Sequence record: PQ374922.1
Reading direction: 5' to 3' (one strand)
DNA: 64,000 bases
Source: a phage
Within the stretch, counting starts at the first letter, position 1. The number at the start of each line of letters is the position of its first letter. Below the pieces are notes generated by a model. That model ran no database searches. It had not been told where the DNA came from and saw nothing but the letters and a program-made list of their open reading frames with translations. The position numbers and the translations under genes were made by a program. This document shows positions 45,785-54,272 of the stretch, in pieces.

Positions 45785-45984
45785 TTTGGTTCCTTGAATA
45801 TTTTGTAACCAGCAGCGCCGATAGACATCACCGCGCCAATACAGTACATCACAGTCACGTTCAACTTCTCTGAGGTTGTTAAGTCCAGAGGGGTGAAATG
45901 ATAGGCTAGGGCAGTACACATTGAAACGGCTGCCATAACCAGACCAATGAACAACAGATAATTAGACAACCGTTTCATGATCAC
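45781..45984 (-). CDS. Small membrane protein (67 aa, two TM helices)
   Basis: LLFIGLVMAAVSMCTALAY and VMYCIGAVMSIGAAGY; coupled to neighbours on both sides. Confidence 0.45.
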   Translation of the reverse strand: MIMKRLSNYLLFIGLVMAAVSMCTALAYHFTPLDLTTSEKLNVTVMYCIGAVMSIGAAGYKIFKEPK

Positions 45985-46898
45985 CCCTTCTTCATCAGGT
46001 CAAGGAGAGAGCGCGACGCTGCCTTCGTTGCTTCTGGCTGGGCGCTCGCCTTGGTTTTAGTTTTGGATGCCTTCTGCGGCTTCTCAGGGACTCTGTGCGC
46101 CAAAGGATCATGGCCGCCAACCTCACGAGTCATCGGATTGGTTTCACAGTAGGCGTAGAAGTCTTTGGTGTGTATGTCAACACCACGCAGTTCAGAGCGT
46201 ATCTGATGACAAATCGCATTACCCACAACCCACAGCGGGGCGTCGAACGGTAGTACCGCCAACTCGGACTGCTGTTTGGTCGTGAACTCCTGGGTGTTGG
46301 CATCCGGTGATTTATACAGGATATCCTGTCCGCTGTAATCATCAACAGCCACAGTGAAGCCCAGCGCCAGCATTTCGGCCTTCGACTTCTCAAACTCCTT
46401 GTAGTAAGATTCGTTGCGCGACCAGCCGGAGTTCCCTGCTTCTTTACCAGATCGACCACGGATACGAGCATCGTACTGATAGCGGTCGGGGTACGCAAAG
46501 TACAGCAGCGCCAATGATTCAATCGGATAGTTCTTGAACATCCATTCAGGACGCCATTTGTCCGACAGCATGAGAGGTTCGCCCTCGCACACCAGAGTGT
46601 ATCCCTGAACCAACCAGCACTTGATTAGATCACGAGCAATATCGCCTGAGCCTGTAGCAGCATGGATTGCATCCATTGAAGTCCAGGAAGCCAGGCCGGA
46701 TTTGTTAGACACGGTGTACTGTCCAACGAAGATTAACTTCAGCTCTCCGAACTTCAAGCCAAACGGGCGAGTCTTGTCACCAACGGTGTAGGTCAGTTCG
46801 GTAGGCTCCAGCTTCGTACGGAGCCATTCGATGAACTGGACCACTCTCGTACCCTTGCCCGTGGCCGAGGTGCCTTTCACTACAATTATTTTAGCCAT
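45981..46898 (-). CDS. P-loop kinase-like protein (305 aa) with Lys/Ala/Thr-rich C-terminal tail
   Basis: N-terminal Walker A VKGTSATGKGT; no HAD DxDGT motif, so not a T4 Pnkp-type bifunctional enzyme. Confidence 0.6.
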   Translation of the reverse strand: MAKIIVVKGTSATGKGTRVVQFIEWLRTKLEPTELTYTVGDKTRPFGLKFGELKLIFVGQYTVSNKSGLASWTSMDAIHAATGSGDIARDLIKCWLVQGYTLVCEGEPLMLSDKWRPEWMFKNYPIESLALLYFAYPDRYQYDARIRGRSGKEAGNSGWSRNESYYKEFEKSKAEMLALGFTVAVDDYSGQDILYKSPDANTQEFTTKQQSELAVLPFDAPLWVVGNAICHQIRSELRGVDIHTKDFYAYCETNPMTREVGGHDPLAHRVPEKPQKASKTKTKASAQPEATKAASRSLLDLMKKG

Positions 46899-47577
46899 TT
46901 AATATTCTCCAACCGAGACATGTTTTAGCCCTACCTTTCAAGAGATTCGTTATATTACCGGAAGGGAGGCCATATTGAAGTTCCATGTCGCACCTCCTTA
47001 ACTCAACGATGCGACCATCTTTGTGCTGCCATTTGTAAATCTTTTCATCGCGACCAGGACCAATGTCTATCAGACCAAGAGCATGCAGCCTCTTCCTAGT
47101 TTCCCCTCCACGCGTTTGAGATTCAGAGGAAGGTCTTGGTGGTTTGGGGATCTTCCCTTCTGACATCAATTTGCTTATGATCTTACCCTTTCTGGCTTGT
47201 GCTTCAGGGGTGAGTCTTGGTGGAGGTTTAATCTTACCTTCAGCGATCAAACGTTTGCGGGTTGCGGCGCTCTTTGCGGATGACTCTGGCGTGGCCAATG
47301 GAGGCTTTCCACCCCCGACGACCATGTTGTAGCACCACCCAGAGTCAAGGATCTCCTGGCAGACCAGTTCAGACTCTATCTGAAGGATAACCGAATCTTT
47401 CCCTCGGAACAGAACTTCAAACTTGAACTGGTCTTCACCGTATTTCTTGAACGCTCGTTGTAATGCAATGCTTCCCTGACCACACTTATGCTCAGCCAAC
47501 CGCCTATCCGGTTCTGAGGTGACACCGACATAGAATTTATGATTGACGAGATTCGTTATCAGGTAGAGCGATAGCAT
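46891..47577 (-). CDS. GIY-YIG homing endonuclease (Seg-like)
   Basis: YLITNLVNHKFYVGVTSEPDRRLAEHK...FKKYGEDQFKFEVL (GIY-YIG); C-terminal repeated GKIKPPPRLTPE / GKIPKPPRPSSE DNA-binding-like modules. Confidence 0.85.
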   Translation of the reverse strand: MLSLYLITNLVNHKFYVGVTSEPDRRLAEHKCGQGSIALQRAFKKYGEDQFKFEVLFRGKDSVILQIESELVCQEILDSGWCYNMVVGGGKPPLATPESSAKSAATRKRLIAEGKIKPPPRLTPEAQARKGKIISKLMSEGKIPKPPRPSSESQTRGGETRKRLHALGLIDIGPGRDEKIYKWQHKDGRIVELRRCDMELQYGLPSGNITNLLKGRAKTCLGWRILNG

Positions 47578-47882
47578 TACACAGCATCCTCAATACGCCA
47601 GCTCACGCCGCCCAGCCAAGGTGCCCAGAACACAGCAACCTGTGGGCGGCCATTCTCTTCAAACTTCACTTTATACTGGTCGTCAAAGTTATAGAAGATT
47701 TCATCTGCTTCAGAGCGCTGGCCGATCTTCACCAGTACATCATGAAGAGCCTTGGCTGCACCGATAGGAGTTGGAGTCTCCTGCTGACGAATGAAGTTGT
47801 TCACATGGTTAATCACGCTATCCATGTCGCTATCACCGGAACGCTTGTCTGGGGTTTCCCCAAACTTGGATTGTTCTTGCAC
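47577..47882 (-). CDS. Hypothetical protein (101 aa)
   Basis: ORF; no motif recognised. Confidence 0.45.
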   Translation of the reverse strand: MQEQSKFGETPDKRSGDSDMDSVINHVNNFIRQQETPTPIGAAKALHDVLVKIGQRSEADEIFYNFDDQYKVKFEENGRPQVAVFWAPWLGGVSWRIEDAV

Positions 47883-47891
47883 GATGTCCTC

Positions 47892-48671
47892 CTATCGGAC
47901 GTATTGATAATGACTAATCAGGCGGTTAACCACTTCAACAATATTGTAATTCAGGAAGTCGAAGTGATTCTGGCCTTCTACTGGTTTAATATAAAGCATG
48001 TCTTCCGAATTCGAAAGATCCAGTTTTTCATAATTGCCCTGAGGAACAAAGATAACAAAGATGTTGTTCAGACCACACGGCTCGACATACTTCGGATTGT
48101 CATCAATCAGGACATCGCCTGCCAGCAGATGCTTTTCGTCGGTGCTGACAAACCCGTTGAAGATACCAGGGAACTTGTCGTAGACAAACTGGCGCTTGCT
48201 GCGCTCGTGTTCCGGCTCGCACTTCGACACCGCAACGAATTCAACATTGTCGAAATCTTCAAGCAAGATATCCTTCAGATTTACCAGGAACTCGTAAGCG
48301 CCGGGGAGCGGGTTCATCTTGGCGTACAAGTCAGGGCGACGCCACCAATCCATAGGATCGTTACCGCTTGGCACACGTTGTTTGTGCATCCCCAATTGGA
48401 CTTCATGGTATAGCCACGCCGGATGCGCACGTTCACGCATCAGAATAGCCAGGTCGCCAGCATGGGACATATAACACTCTTTGGTAATCGGCTGGAACTG
48501 GTATGACTTATGTTCCCCCGTAGCGATAGCAGCGGCGGCGATGTTCTCTTCGTTGAACCACTGCACCCAAGGGGAGAGGCTGTCGACCAACGTCAGGTCA
48601 ACATCCACGAGAACGCGATACAGGCCACCGACCTTTGATTTCATATCATAGATACAAACCAGGTTGTTCAT
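47892..48671 (-). CDS. HAD-superfamily phosphatase, 5'(3')-deoxyribonucleotidase-like
   Basis: HAD motif I VLVDVDLTLVD (DxDxT) near the N-terminus. Confidence 0.55.
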   Translation of the reverse strand: MNNLVCIYDMKSKVGGLYRVLVDVDLTLVDSLSPWVQWFNEENIAAAAIATGEHKSYQFQPITKECYMSHAGDLAILMRERAHPAWLYHEVQLGMHKQRVPSGNDPMDWWRRPDLYAKMNPLPGAYEFLVNLKDILLEDFDNVEFVAVSKCEPEHERSKRQFVYDKFPGIFNGFVSTDEKHLLAGDVLIDDNPKYVEPCGLNNIFVIFVPQGNYEKLDLSNSEDMLYIKPVEGQNHFDFLNYNIVEVVNRLISHYQYVR

Positions 48672-49018
48672 TTGTCTTCCTCAACTTTATCGTAGCCTGT
48701 AGCAACACACTGTTCTTCGGTACAATCTGCATACAGAACGACGGAGGCCTGCTTCACGTAGGTGATGCAGTGGTAAGTTTCGTCTTCCTGGATGGAATCG
48801 TCATAGTTGCAGACAGTTTGGAGCGGACCGGGGGTGGCGTTATCCAACGCCGCATGCGCCTTAATGGTGTCTTCCATCTTGGACACGGCCTGCTCATTGG
48901 TGAACGTCGGCGCGTCAAGGTCTACAGTAGAAGCAACGTCCAGAAGGGTGGAACACGCAGTGGTAGAGAAAGCCAGAGCGCACACCAGAAGAATCTTATT
49001 GAGTTTCATTTCAATCAC
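48668..49018 (-). CDS. Secreted protein or lipoprotein (116 aa, Cys-containing)
   Basis: N-terminal signal-like MKLNKILLVCALAFSTTACS with a possible lipobox; 4 further Cys in the mature part. Confidence 0.45.
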   Translation of the reverse strand: MIEMKLNKILLVCALAFSTTACSTLLDVASTVDLDAPTFTNEQAVSKMEDTIKAHAALDNATPGPLQTVCNYDDSIQEDETYHCITYVKQASVVLYADCTEEQCVATGYDKVEEDK

Positions 49019-49071
49019 CTGTTTGTCAAAGGGTTAACAGGGGGAATTATATCCCCCTTTGGTTTATTGAA

Positions 49072-52071
49072 TCAACCTTTCTTCTTTTGCATCATGGCAA
49101 GAAGGTTCACACGGCGCTTGTGTGACCAGCCGACCACGTCGAGGATAGACTGAATCGGATCAATGAAGGACTTCTCAAAGGCCGCCTGATAATCCACCCA
49201 TTTGCCCAGACCAAGCTCCTCGGGGAAGAACTCAGGATATGCAAAGTAGTTCTGCCCAAACGGGTTGCCCGGCTTCAACAACACCATCTGTACCTTATCA
49301 CCCGACTCGATCATCGGTAGACCCAGATCTTCGTTCTTCTCAACCAGACGGTTGTAGCCCACACACGCCTTGGCAGCAAAATGAGCACCAGATATAAACG
49401 AGCCGTCAGCAGCCACACACTTCTCTATGTCGGACACGCCTGACGCCTTGGCGATATCGTCTACAGAGAGTTTCATGTACTCCTCTTTGTACTGGGAGAT
49501 GAGCGTCTGTACTTCCTCTTCGGTGCCGAGTAGGATCTTCTCATAGCACTTGACAAGGCGCTCACGACACCATTCCGGCGTGGTGGACTTGCGGGCTTCC
49601 AGACCTTTGAACTTGATCTTCGGCTTCTCGTACTTGATACCCTCACTGTCGTACACGGCCATGGCATACATCTTCTTGGCTCGCCAGACAGCGGCTGACG
49701 CAATGACCTCACGCTCCCACACCATGCGCTGTTCAAATCCGTTCATGGTGTTACACAGAAGCTGTGCCCACTCATTGGTCTTCGGCTGGTAGTTGTCTTT
49801 GATCCATTGGTCGATATTATCAACCATAGCATGATGGTCAGTAACATCAGGCCACAACTGCTTGACAAGACGCTCAATGCAGATGTAGTTGGAGTCGGTA
49901 TCCCCTGCGATGACGAAGTCCTGGCCTGTTGTACCACACAGCTTGTTCAGATAGTCATCAGTGTAACGCTTGTTCCACTTGTTGATCAGCTGACCGGATG
50001 TGGTGATGGCTTCGGCAATGTTGAGGTTGAAGTACTCTTTGAACCAGACGTTCGAGATAGCGCCATAACCTGCGTTCATCAAGATCTTCAGACCTTGCTG
50101 TAGGGTATCTTGAGCGACGCCCAGGTCTTCCCACTTCTTCATCACTTCGGTCAGGGCATCAAGATCAATGTTCTTGTGCTCTTCATACCACTCTGGGTCA
50201 TAGTAGCGAGACTTTATGGCAGACTCAAGATGGAAGTCGCCCTTCGACATCTCTTTACACCAACCAGCCCACTGCTCATACTTCAGACCCTTGGCCTTCT
50301 CTACTTTACGGTCGCTGTAGATACCACGCATGATTTCAGACAGGAACGACATCTTCTCGTTGCTGAAGAATTGAACGTTCGGCGTGAACGACACGTTGTA
50401 GCGGCGCAGGGTTTCAAAGTGGAACTCACCCAGGGCAACCAACTCATCAACAACCTGCAGGCGTTCGTCAACCGCACGCAACATCTTGTCGTGAAGGGCT
50501 TTCATCAACCGACGTTTGTGCATCGGCGTTGCCATGTTATTCATCTGAGCAGCCAGCTCTTCACACATAGCCTCAATAATCTCGCGGCGCTGGTGTTTGT
50601 CGCCAACGATAGTCTCTGGACCGAGGTTGTACTGCTGTATGATGTGAGGATACAGGGAGTTCAAATCTTCCGAGAAGACCCAGAAGTAGATTCCTGGTGT
50701 CACATCCATGACGTATGCACCCTCAAAGTCGGTCGGACCATCGTATACACGCTGGATCTTAGGCACTATCCCCTTCTCGTACAGGCGATAGTAGCACATG
50801 GCCAGCCACGGAGCCACAGTGCCCAGACCGTCTTCATAGTTGGACTTGGTGCGGTAGGCCAGGACGAACATCAGCTGGAGCAGGCGCAGCTTCTGTTCAA
50901 GTCGCCATACCAGCTTAACGTCTTTGATACCATATCGGGTGTGTTTGCAGTAGTCGTTGAAGTACAGATCAAAGAGCGACTTGCTCTCACTGTAGTCCAT
51001 CTTCTTCTCACCCAGCTCACAATACGCAATCCAGTCAAGAGAGTAGCGTTCACGGGTGGTGTACGTGTGTTTCTTGTAGATCTGCATATAATCGAGCATA
51101 GGGCAACCCACGAACTGATACGTCGTGATATCGCCCTTCTTATCGCGAATGATACGCTTCTTAATGATACCCCAAGGACTGAGGCGCGACGTTTCAGCCT
51201 CACCCAGAACCTGATTCATGCGCTCAACAAGATAAGGGCTATCAAACGTCTCAATGTTCCAGCCTGTCCAGCCGTCGAACTGACGCTGTGACCAGAAGTC
51301 AAGGAACGAGCGCAGCAGATCTTGTTCGGTGGTGAACTCCTGATAAACAACCTCAAGACCGCCGATCTCTTTGTCTTCGGTGTCGTATGCGAATTTGTTA
51401 CGATCTTTGGCACAGGGCATACCCCAGACCATGAACTTATTGGTCGCCATATCCTGAAGCTGGATCAGGGTAATGGGGAACGCCGCATTCATGTCTTGGG
51501 TGATCTTGCCGTTGCTGTCAATGATAGGGAACTGATCAGTGACGTTGTTGCTGATGAAAGAACCAGGGAAGTGCTCACGGACAAAATCATGGTTGGCCAG
51601 AACTTGTTTATGGAAGCGGCGAATGCGCGCCTCATTCCCTTTGAACGTCTGCTGCTCAATGGTTGGGTGAGGGAATGGACCTTTGGTCATCTTTCCATCT
51701 TTCCACCCGGCGGAGAACACTTCGATATCGAGGTTAGCAATATGGATGTTGGAATAATCCGGCTCAATCTTTCCAGGAAAGCTATGGGCGATGAACTGGT
51801 ATGCATAATCGGTCTGCCCGTAAATGGCCGCACCCTGGACTTCCTTGTACTCTTCAAGATAGTTGTCAGCGTCACGCATGGAAGGGAACTGCTTGGCTAC
51901 CAGGGGTTCATTGAGAAGGCCGACCTTTTCAACATTTGAATAGTCAGCCGTGGGTAAATAGAGAGTGGGTTCGAATTTCTTTTTCAACAGACGGCGATTA
52001 CCCATGTCATCTGCAATTCGAATCAACAGGTCATTGCCCCTGCGGGCAACGTTCGTATAGAAAACGGTCAT
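49072..52071 (-). CDS. 43: DNA polymerase (gp43, family B) with 3'-5' exonuclease domain
   Basis: Exo I ANLDIEVF, Pol motif A DLNSLYPHII, motif C AGDTDSNYIC; overall collinear with T4 gp43. Confidence 0.95.
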   Translation of the reverse strand: MTVFYTNVARRGNDLLIRIADDMGNRRLLKKKFEPTLYLPTADYSNVEKVGLLNEPLVAKQFPSMRDADNYLEEYKEVQGAAIYGQTDYAYQFIAHSFPGKIEPDYSNIHIANLDIEVFSAGWKDGKMTKGPFPHPTIEQQTFKGNEARIRRFHKQVLANHDFVREHFPGSFISNNVTDQFPIIDSNGKITQDMNAAFPITLIQLQDMATNKFMVWGMPCAKDRNKFAYDTEDKEIGGLEVVYQEFTTEQDLLRSFLDFWSQRQFDGWTGWNIETFDSPYLVERMNQVLGEAETSRLSPWGIIKKRIIRDKKGDITTYQFVGCPMLDYMQIYKKHTYTTRERYSLDWIAYCELGEKKMDYSESKSLFDLYFNDYCKHTRYGIKDVKLVWRLEQKLRLLQLMFVLAYRTKSNYEDGLGTVAPWLAMCYYRLYEKGIVPKIQRVYDGPTDFEGAYVMDVTPGIYFWVFSEDLNSLYPHIIQQYNLGPETIVGDKHQRREIIEAMCEELAAQMNNMATPMHKRRLMKALHDKMLRAVDERLQVVDELVALGEFHFETLRRYNVSFTPNVQFFSNEKMSFLSEIMRGIYSDRKVEKAKGLKYEQWAGWCKEMSKGDFHLESAIKSRYYDPEWYEEHKNIDLDALTEVMKKWEDLGVAQDTLQQGLKILMNAGYGAISNVWFKEYFNLNIAEAITTSGQLINKWNKRYTDDYLNKLCGTTGQDFVIAGDTDSNYICIERLVKQLWPDVTDHHAMVDNIDQWIKDNYQPKTNEWAQLLCNTMNGFEQRMVWEREVIASAAVWRAKKMYAMAVYDSEGIKYEKPKIKFKGLEARKSTTPEWCRERLVKCYEKILLGTEEEVQTLISQYKEEYMKLSVDDIAKASGVSDIEKCVAADGSFISGAHFAAKACVGYNRLVEKNEDLGLPMIESGDKVQMVLLKPGNPFGQNYFAYPEFFPEELGLGKWVDYQAAFEKSFIDPIQSILDVVGWSHKRRVNLLAMMQKKKG

Positions 52072-52150
52072 GTAATTCTCCAGGTTATCCGTGCCGTTAG
52101 CACGTGGGCATATTTAACCATAGAGCCATTCATTGACCAAGGAGTTTATT

Positions 52151-52723
52151 ATGGCAATCCCCCTCGTTGGTATGATCCCAGGGGCGCTCAAGCAACTCTG
52201 GAACCTCGGGACTGATTTGATCCAATATAAGCGGGAAGTTGTACAGGCCAAACACGACGTCAAGCTGGAGGCCATCAAGTCCTCCTCAGATTGGGAGCTG
52301 TCTAAGATTACCGAAGTCGGCGGGTCTTGGAAAGACGAATTCTGGACTATCGTGTTGGCCATACCCGCCATCCTCGTCATGACTGCTCCGGTTGTGGAAC
52401 TGATTCTGTTCCCTGGTGAGTATCATAAAGGGGATTTCATCAAAGCAGTAATCGGTGGCCTTCAGGCACTAGATACCGCACCTGAATGGTATACCTATTC
52501 GTTATTGACAGCAATTAGTGCATCATTCGGTATCAAAGGCTACAACCACTACAAAAGCAACAGGCGAAAAGCCCAAGCTATGGATGCTCTCAAGCAATTT
52601 GGGGTTCGGGTCGTACAGAAAGATCCCACTGTTGTTACTCAGTCGGGTTCTCCCGATCTTGAGTCTGCTCCCCCAGCTGGGTCTACTGCGACCTCTGGTG
52701 CGTGGCCTGATCTGAAGAAATAA
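52151..52723 (+). CDS. Hypothetical membrane protein (about 190 aa)
   Basis: ATG at 52151 with AAGGAG RBS; hydrophobic segments in the N-terminal half; divergent from gene 43. Confidence 0.45.
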   Translation: MAIPLVGMIPGALKQLWNLGTDLIQYKREVVQAKHDVKLEAIKSSSDWELSKITEVGGSWKDEFWTIVLAIPAILVMTAPVVELILFPGEYHKGDFIKAVIGGLQALDTAPEWYTYSLLTAISASFGIKGYNHYKSNRRKAQAMDALKQFGVRVVQKDPTVVTQSGSPDLESAPPAGSTATSGAWPDLKK

Positions 52724-52729
52724 GTTCAA

Positions 52730-52755
52730 GGGGAGGAAACTCCCCTTTCTTTTGG
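52730..52755 (+). terminator. Rho-independent terminator
   Basis: gggga-ggaaac-tcccc hairpin followed by TTTCTTTTGG. Confidence 0.55.
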
Positions 52756-52765
52756 TGTTTAGGGA

Positions 52766-52978
52766 ATGAAAGTGGTAAACAAGAGATTGCTCGTCACCCA
52801 GGGCGGGGCGACGATAGTGCGCGGAAGGATCTATGAACAAACACAGCTGGGTGATCACAAGACGCGCCTGACTGTTAAGGCTCCAGATGGTGGTTGGCCA
52901 ACAAAGGTAATTGTCCCTGACGGCCTCATAGAACGAGGGACGGCGACGTACAGGGGAGCAGAGTTCAAAATTTATTAA
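52766..52978 (+). CDS. Hypothetical small protein (70 aa)
   Basis: ORF between a terminator and a promoter; weak. Confidence 0.3.
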   Translation: MKVVNKRLLVTQGGATIVRGRIYEQTQLGDHKTRLTVKAPDGGWPTKVIVPDGLIERGTATYRGAEFKIY

Positions 52979-52995
52979 AATATTTATTGAATAAA

Positions 52996-53024
52996 GTTTA
53001 CTTCTTCAATAACTGGCGTATACT
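52996..53024 (+). promoter_or_regulatory. T4-type early promoter
   Basis: -35 GTTTAC, 17-nt spacer, -10 TATACT, with A/T-rich TTATTGAATAAA upstream. Confidence 0.45.
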
Positions 53025-53073
53025 TCTAATTGTAGTACGAACAAACAACAATCTGAAGAGAAGGAAATACATC

Positions 53074-53631
53074 ATGGCAATCGAAATTATCGCTCAATCC
53101 AAATCTGGTAAAACTGTAATGTACGGCACTGAAGAAGGCCGCGCAATCACCACTCTGGGTACAATTGACGGTTCCAACCCAGTGAAAGGCGGTCGCTACC
53201 TGGTTGAATACGGTTCACACCTGCTGATGGTAAGCAAAGTCGATGGTCGTGAAATCATGATTCCCCGCAAAGAGTACTTCGACTCGCGCATTGAAGCCAT
53301 GAACTTCTTCCTTTTCCAGGAACGTCACGAACTGTTCGTTGAAGCGAAAGACGCAGGCCTGGACGATGCGACTGCCGAACTGATCGCTGAAGGTAAAATG
53401 ACTCTTGAGGCTGCTCTGGGTGACATGGATTGCGATGCTGAAGCCCATTACATCGAATATTCCGCTTATCAGAATGAATGCGAAGACGATCCTGAAGATG
53501 ACGGCTTCGACCCTGACCTTCACGGGGGCGAGGATGACAATACTCCTTCCCTGGAAGTGATCATGGCAGGCGGTCAGGCCGCTTGGGAGTGGCAGAACGA
53601 AAAGAACGCCTGGCTGGATTCCCACCTTTAA
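53074..53631 (+). CDS. Hypothetical acidic protein (about 185 aa)
   Basis: ATG at 53074 with GAAGGAAAT RBS. Confidence 0.5.
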   Translation: MAIEIIAQSKSGKTVMYGTEEGRAITTLGTIDGSNPVKGGRYLVEYGSHLLMVSKVDGREIMIPRKEYFDSRIEAMNFFLFQERHELFVEAKDAGLDDATAELIAEGKMTLEAALGDMDCDAEAHYIEYSAYQNECEDDPEDDGFDPDLHGGEDDNTPSLEVIMAGGQAAWEWQNEKNAWLDSHL

Positions 53632-53644
53632 TGTGAAGAAATAA

Positions 53645-53668
53645 AGAAAGGGGCTTAACGCCCCTTTT
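53645..53668. terminator. Bidirectional hairpin terminator between convergent genes
   Basis: aggggc-ttaac-gcccct flanked by an A-run and a T-run. Confidence 0.55.
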
Positions 53669-53669
53669 C

Positions 53670-54128
53670 TTATTCTTCCCAGAAGTCTTCGTCGTCCCCG
53701 ACAGCAGCCAGTTCCGTGTCCAGTTCTTCATCGGTAAACGGTGGCAGCACCCCGTTCTGAATCAGATAATCCATCTCATCGTCTTCCAGCTGCAGGTCGG
53801 TGGCAATATACAGCGCTCCGCTGCCCTCTTCGTCCGTCTCGATACTGTACGAAGTGTATGGCACCCCATTCACTGTAATGATGATAGAGGTCGGATCCTT
53901 AGGATCTACGTGCGCCTCGAACGGCACGCCATCAATCGGTGCATCTTCCAGGAAGGTGGCAAGTGCTACGGCGGCGCGGACAACATCAGTGCCTTCAACG
54001 CCTGCATAGATCTCTTCCGCGCCTGTCTCTTCACGATCAAACAGCTCAATCGTGATACCGTCTTGAACACCAGTCCATACAGGGATGTCATTGGTGTATT
54101 CTGATTCAAACAATTTGGAGGTTGGCAT
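53670..54128 (-). CDS. Hypothetical highly acidic protein (152 aa)
   Basis: ATG with GAGGAA RBS; CCTAAATACCCC motif about 30 nt upstream. Confidence 0.5.
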   Translation of the reverse strand: MPTSKLFESEYTNDIPVWTGVQDGITIELFDREETGAEEIYAGVEGTDVVRAAVALATFLEDAPIDGVPFEAHVDPKDPTSIIITVNGVPYTSYSIETDEEGSGALYIATDLQLEDDEMDYLIQNGVLPPFTDEELDTELAAVGDDEDFWEE

Positions 54129-54272
54129 GTTGGGTTCCTCATTGGGTTAGCCATATGGGGTATTTAGGCTTCCCGCTTGGCGAGGTCTGGTTTGTACAGG
54201 ACGCCTCTAGGAAATATTGGAGGAAGGTTTCATAGATACCCCACACTGGTTGTATGGGGTATTTAGGAGGGA

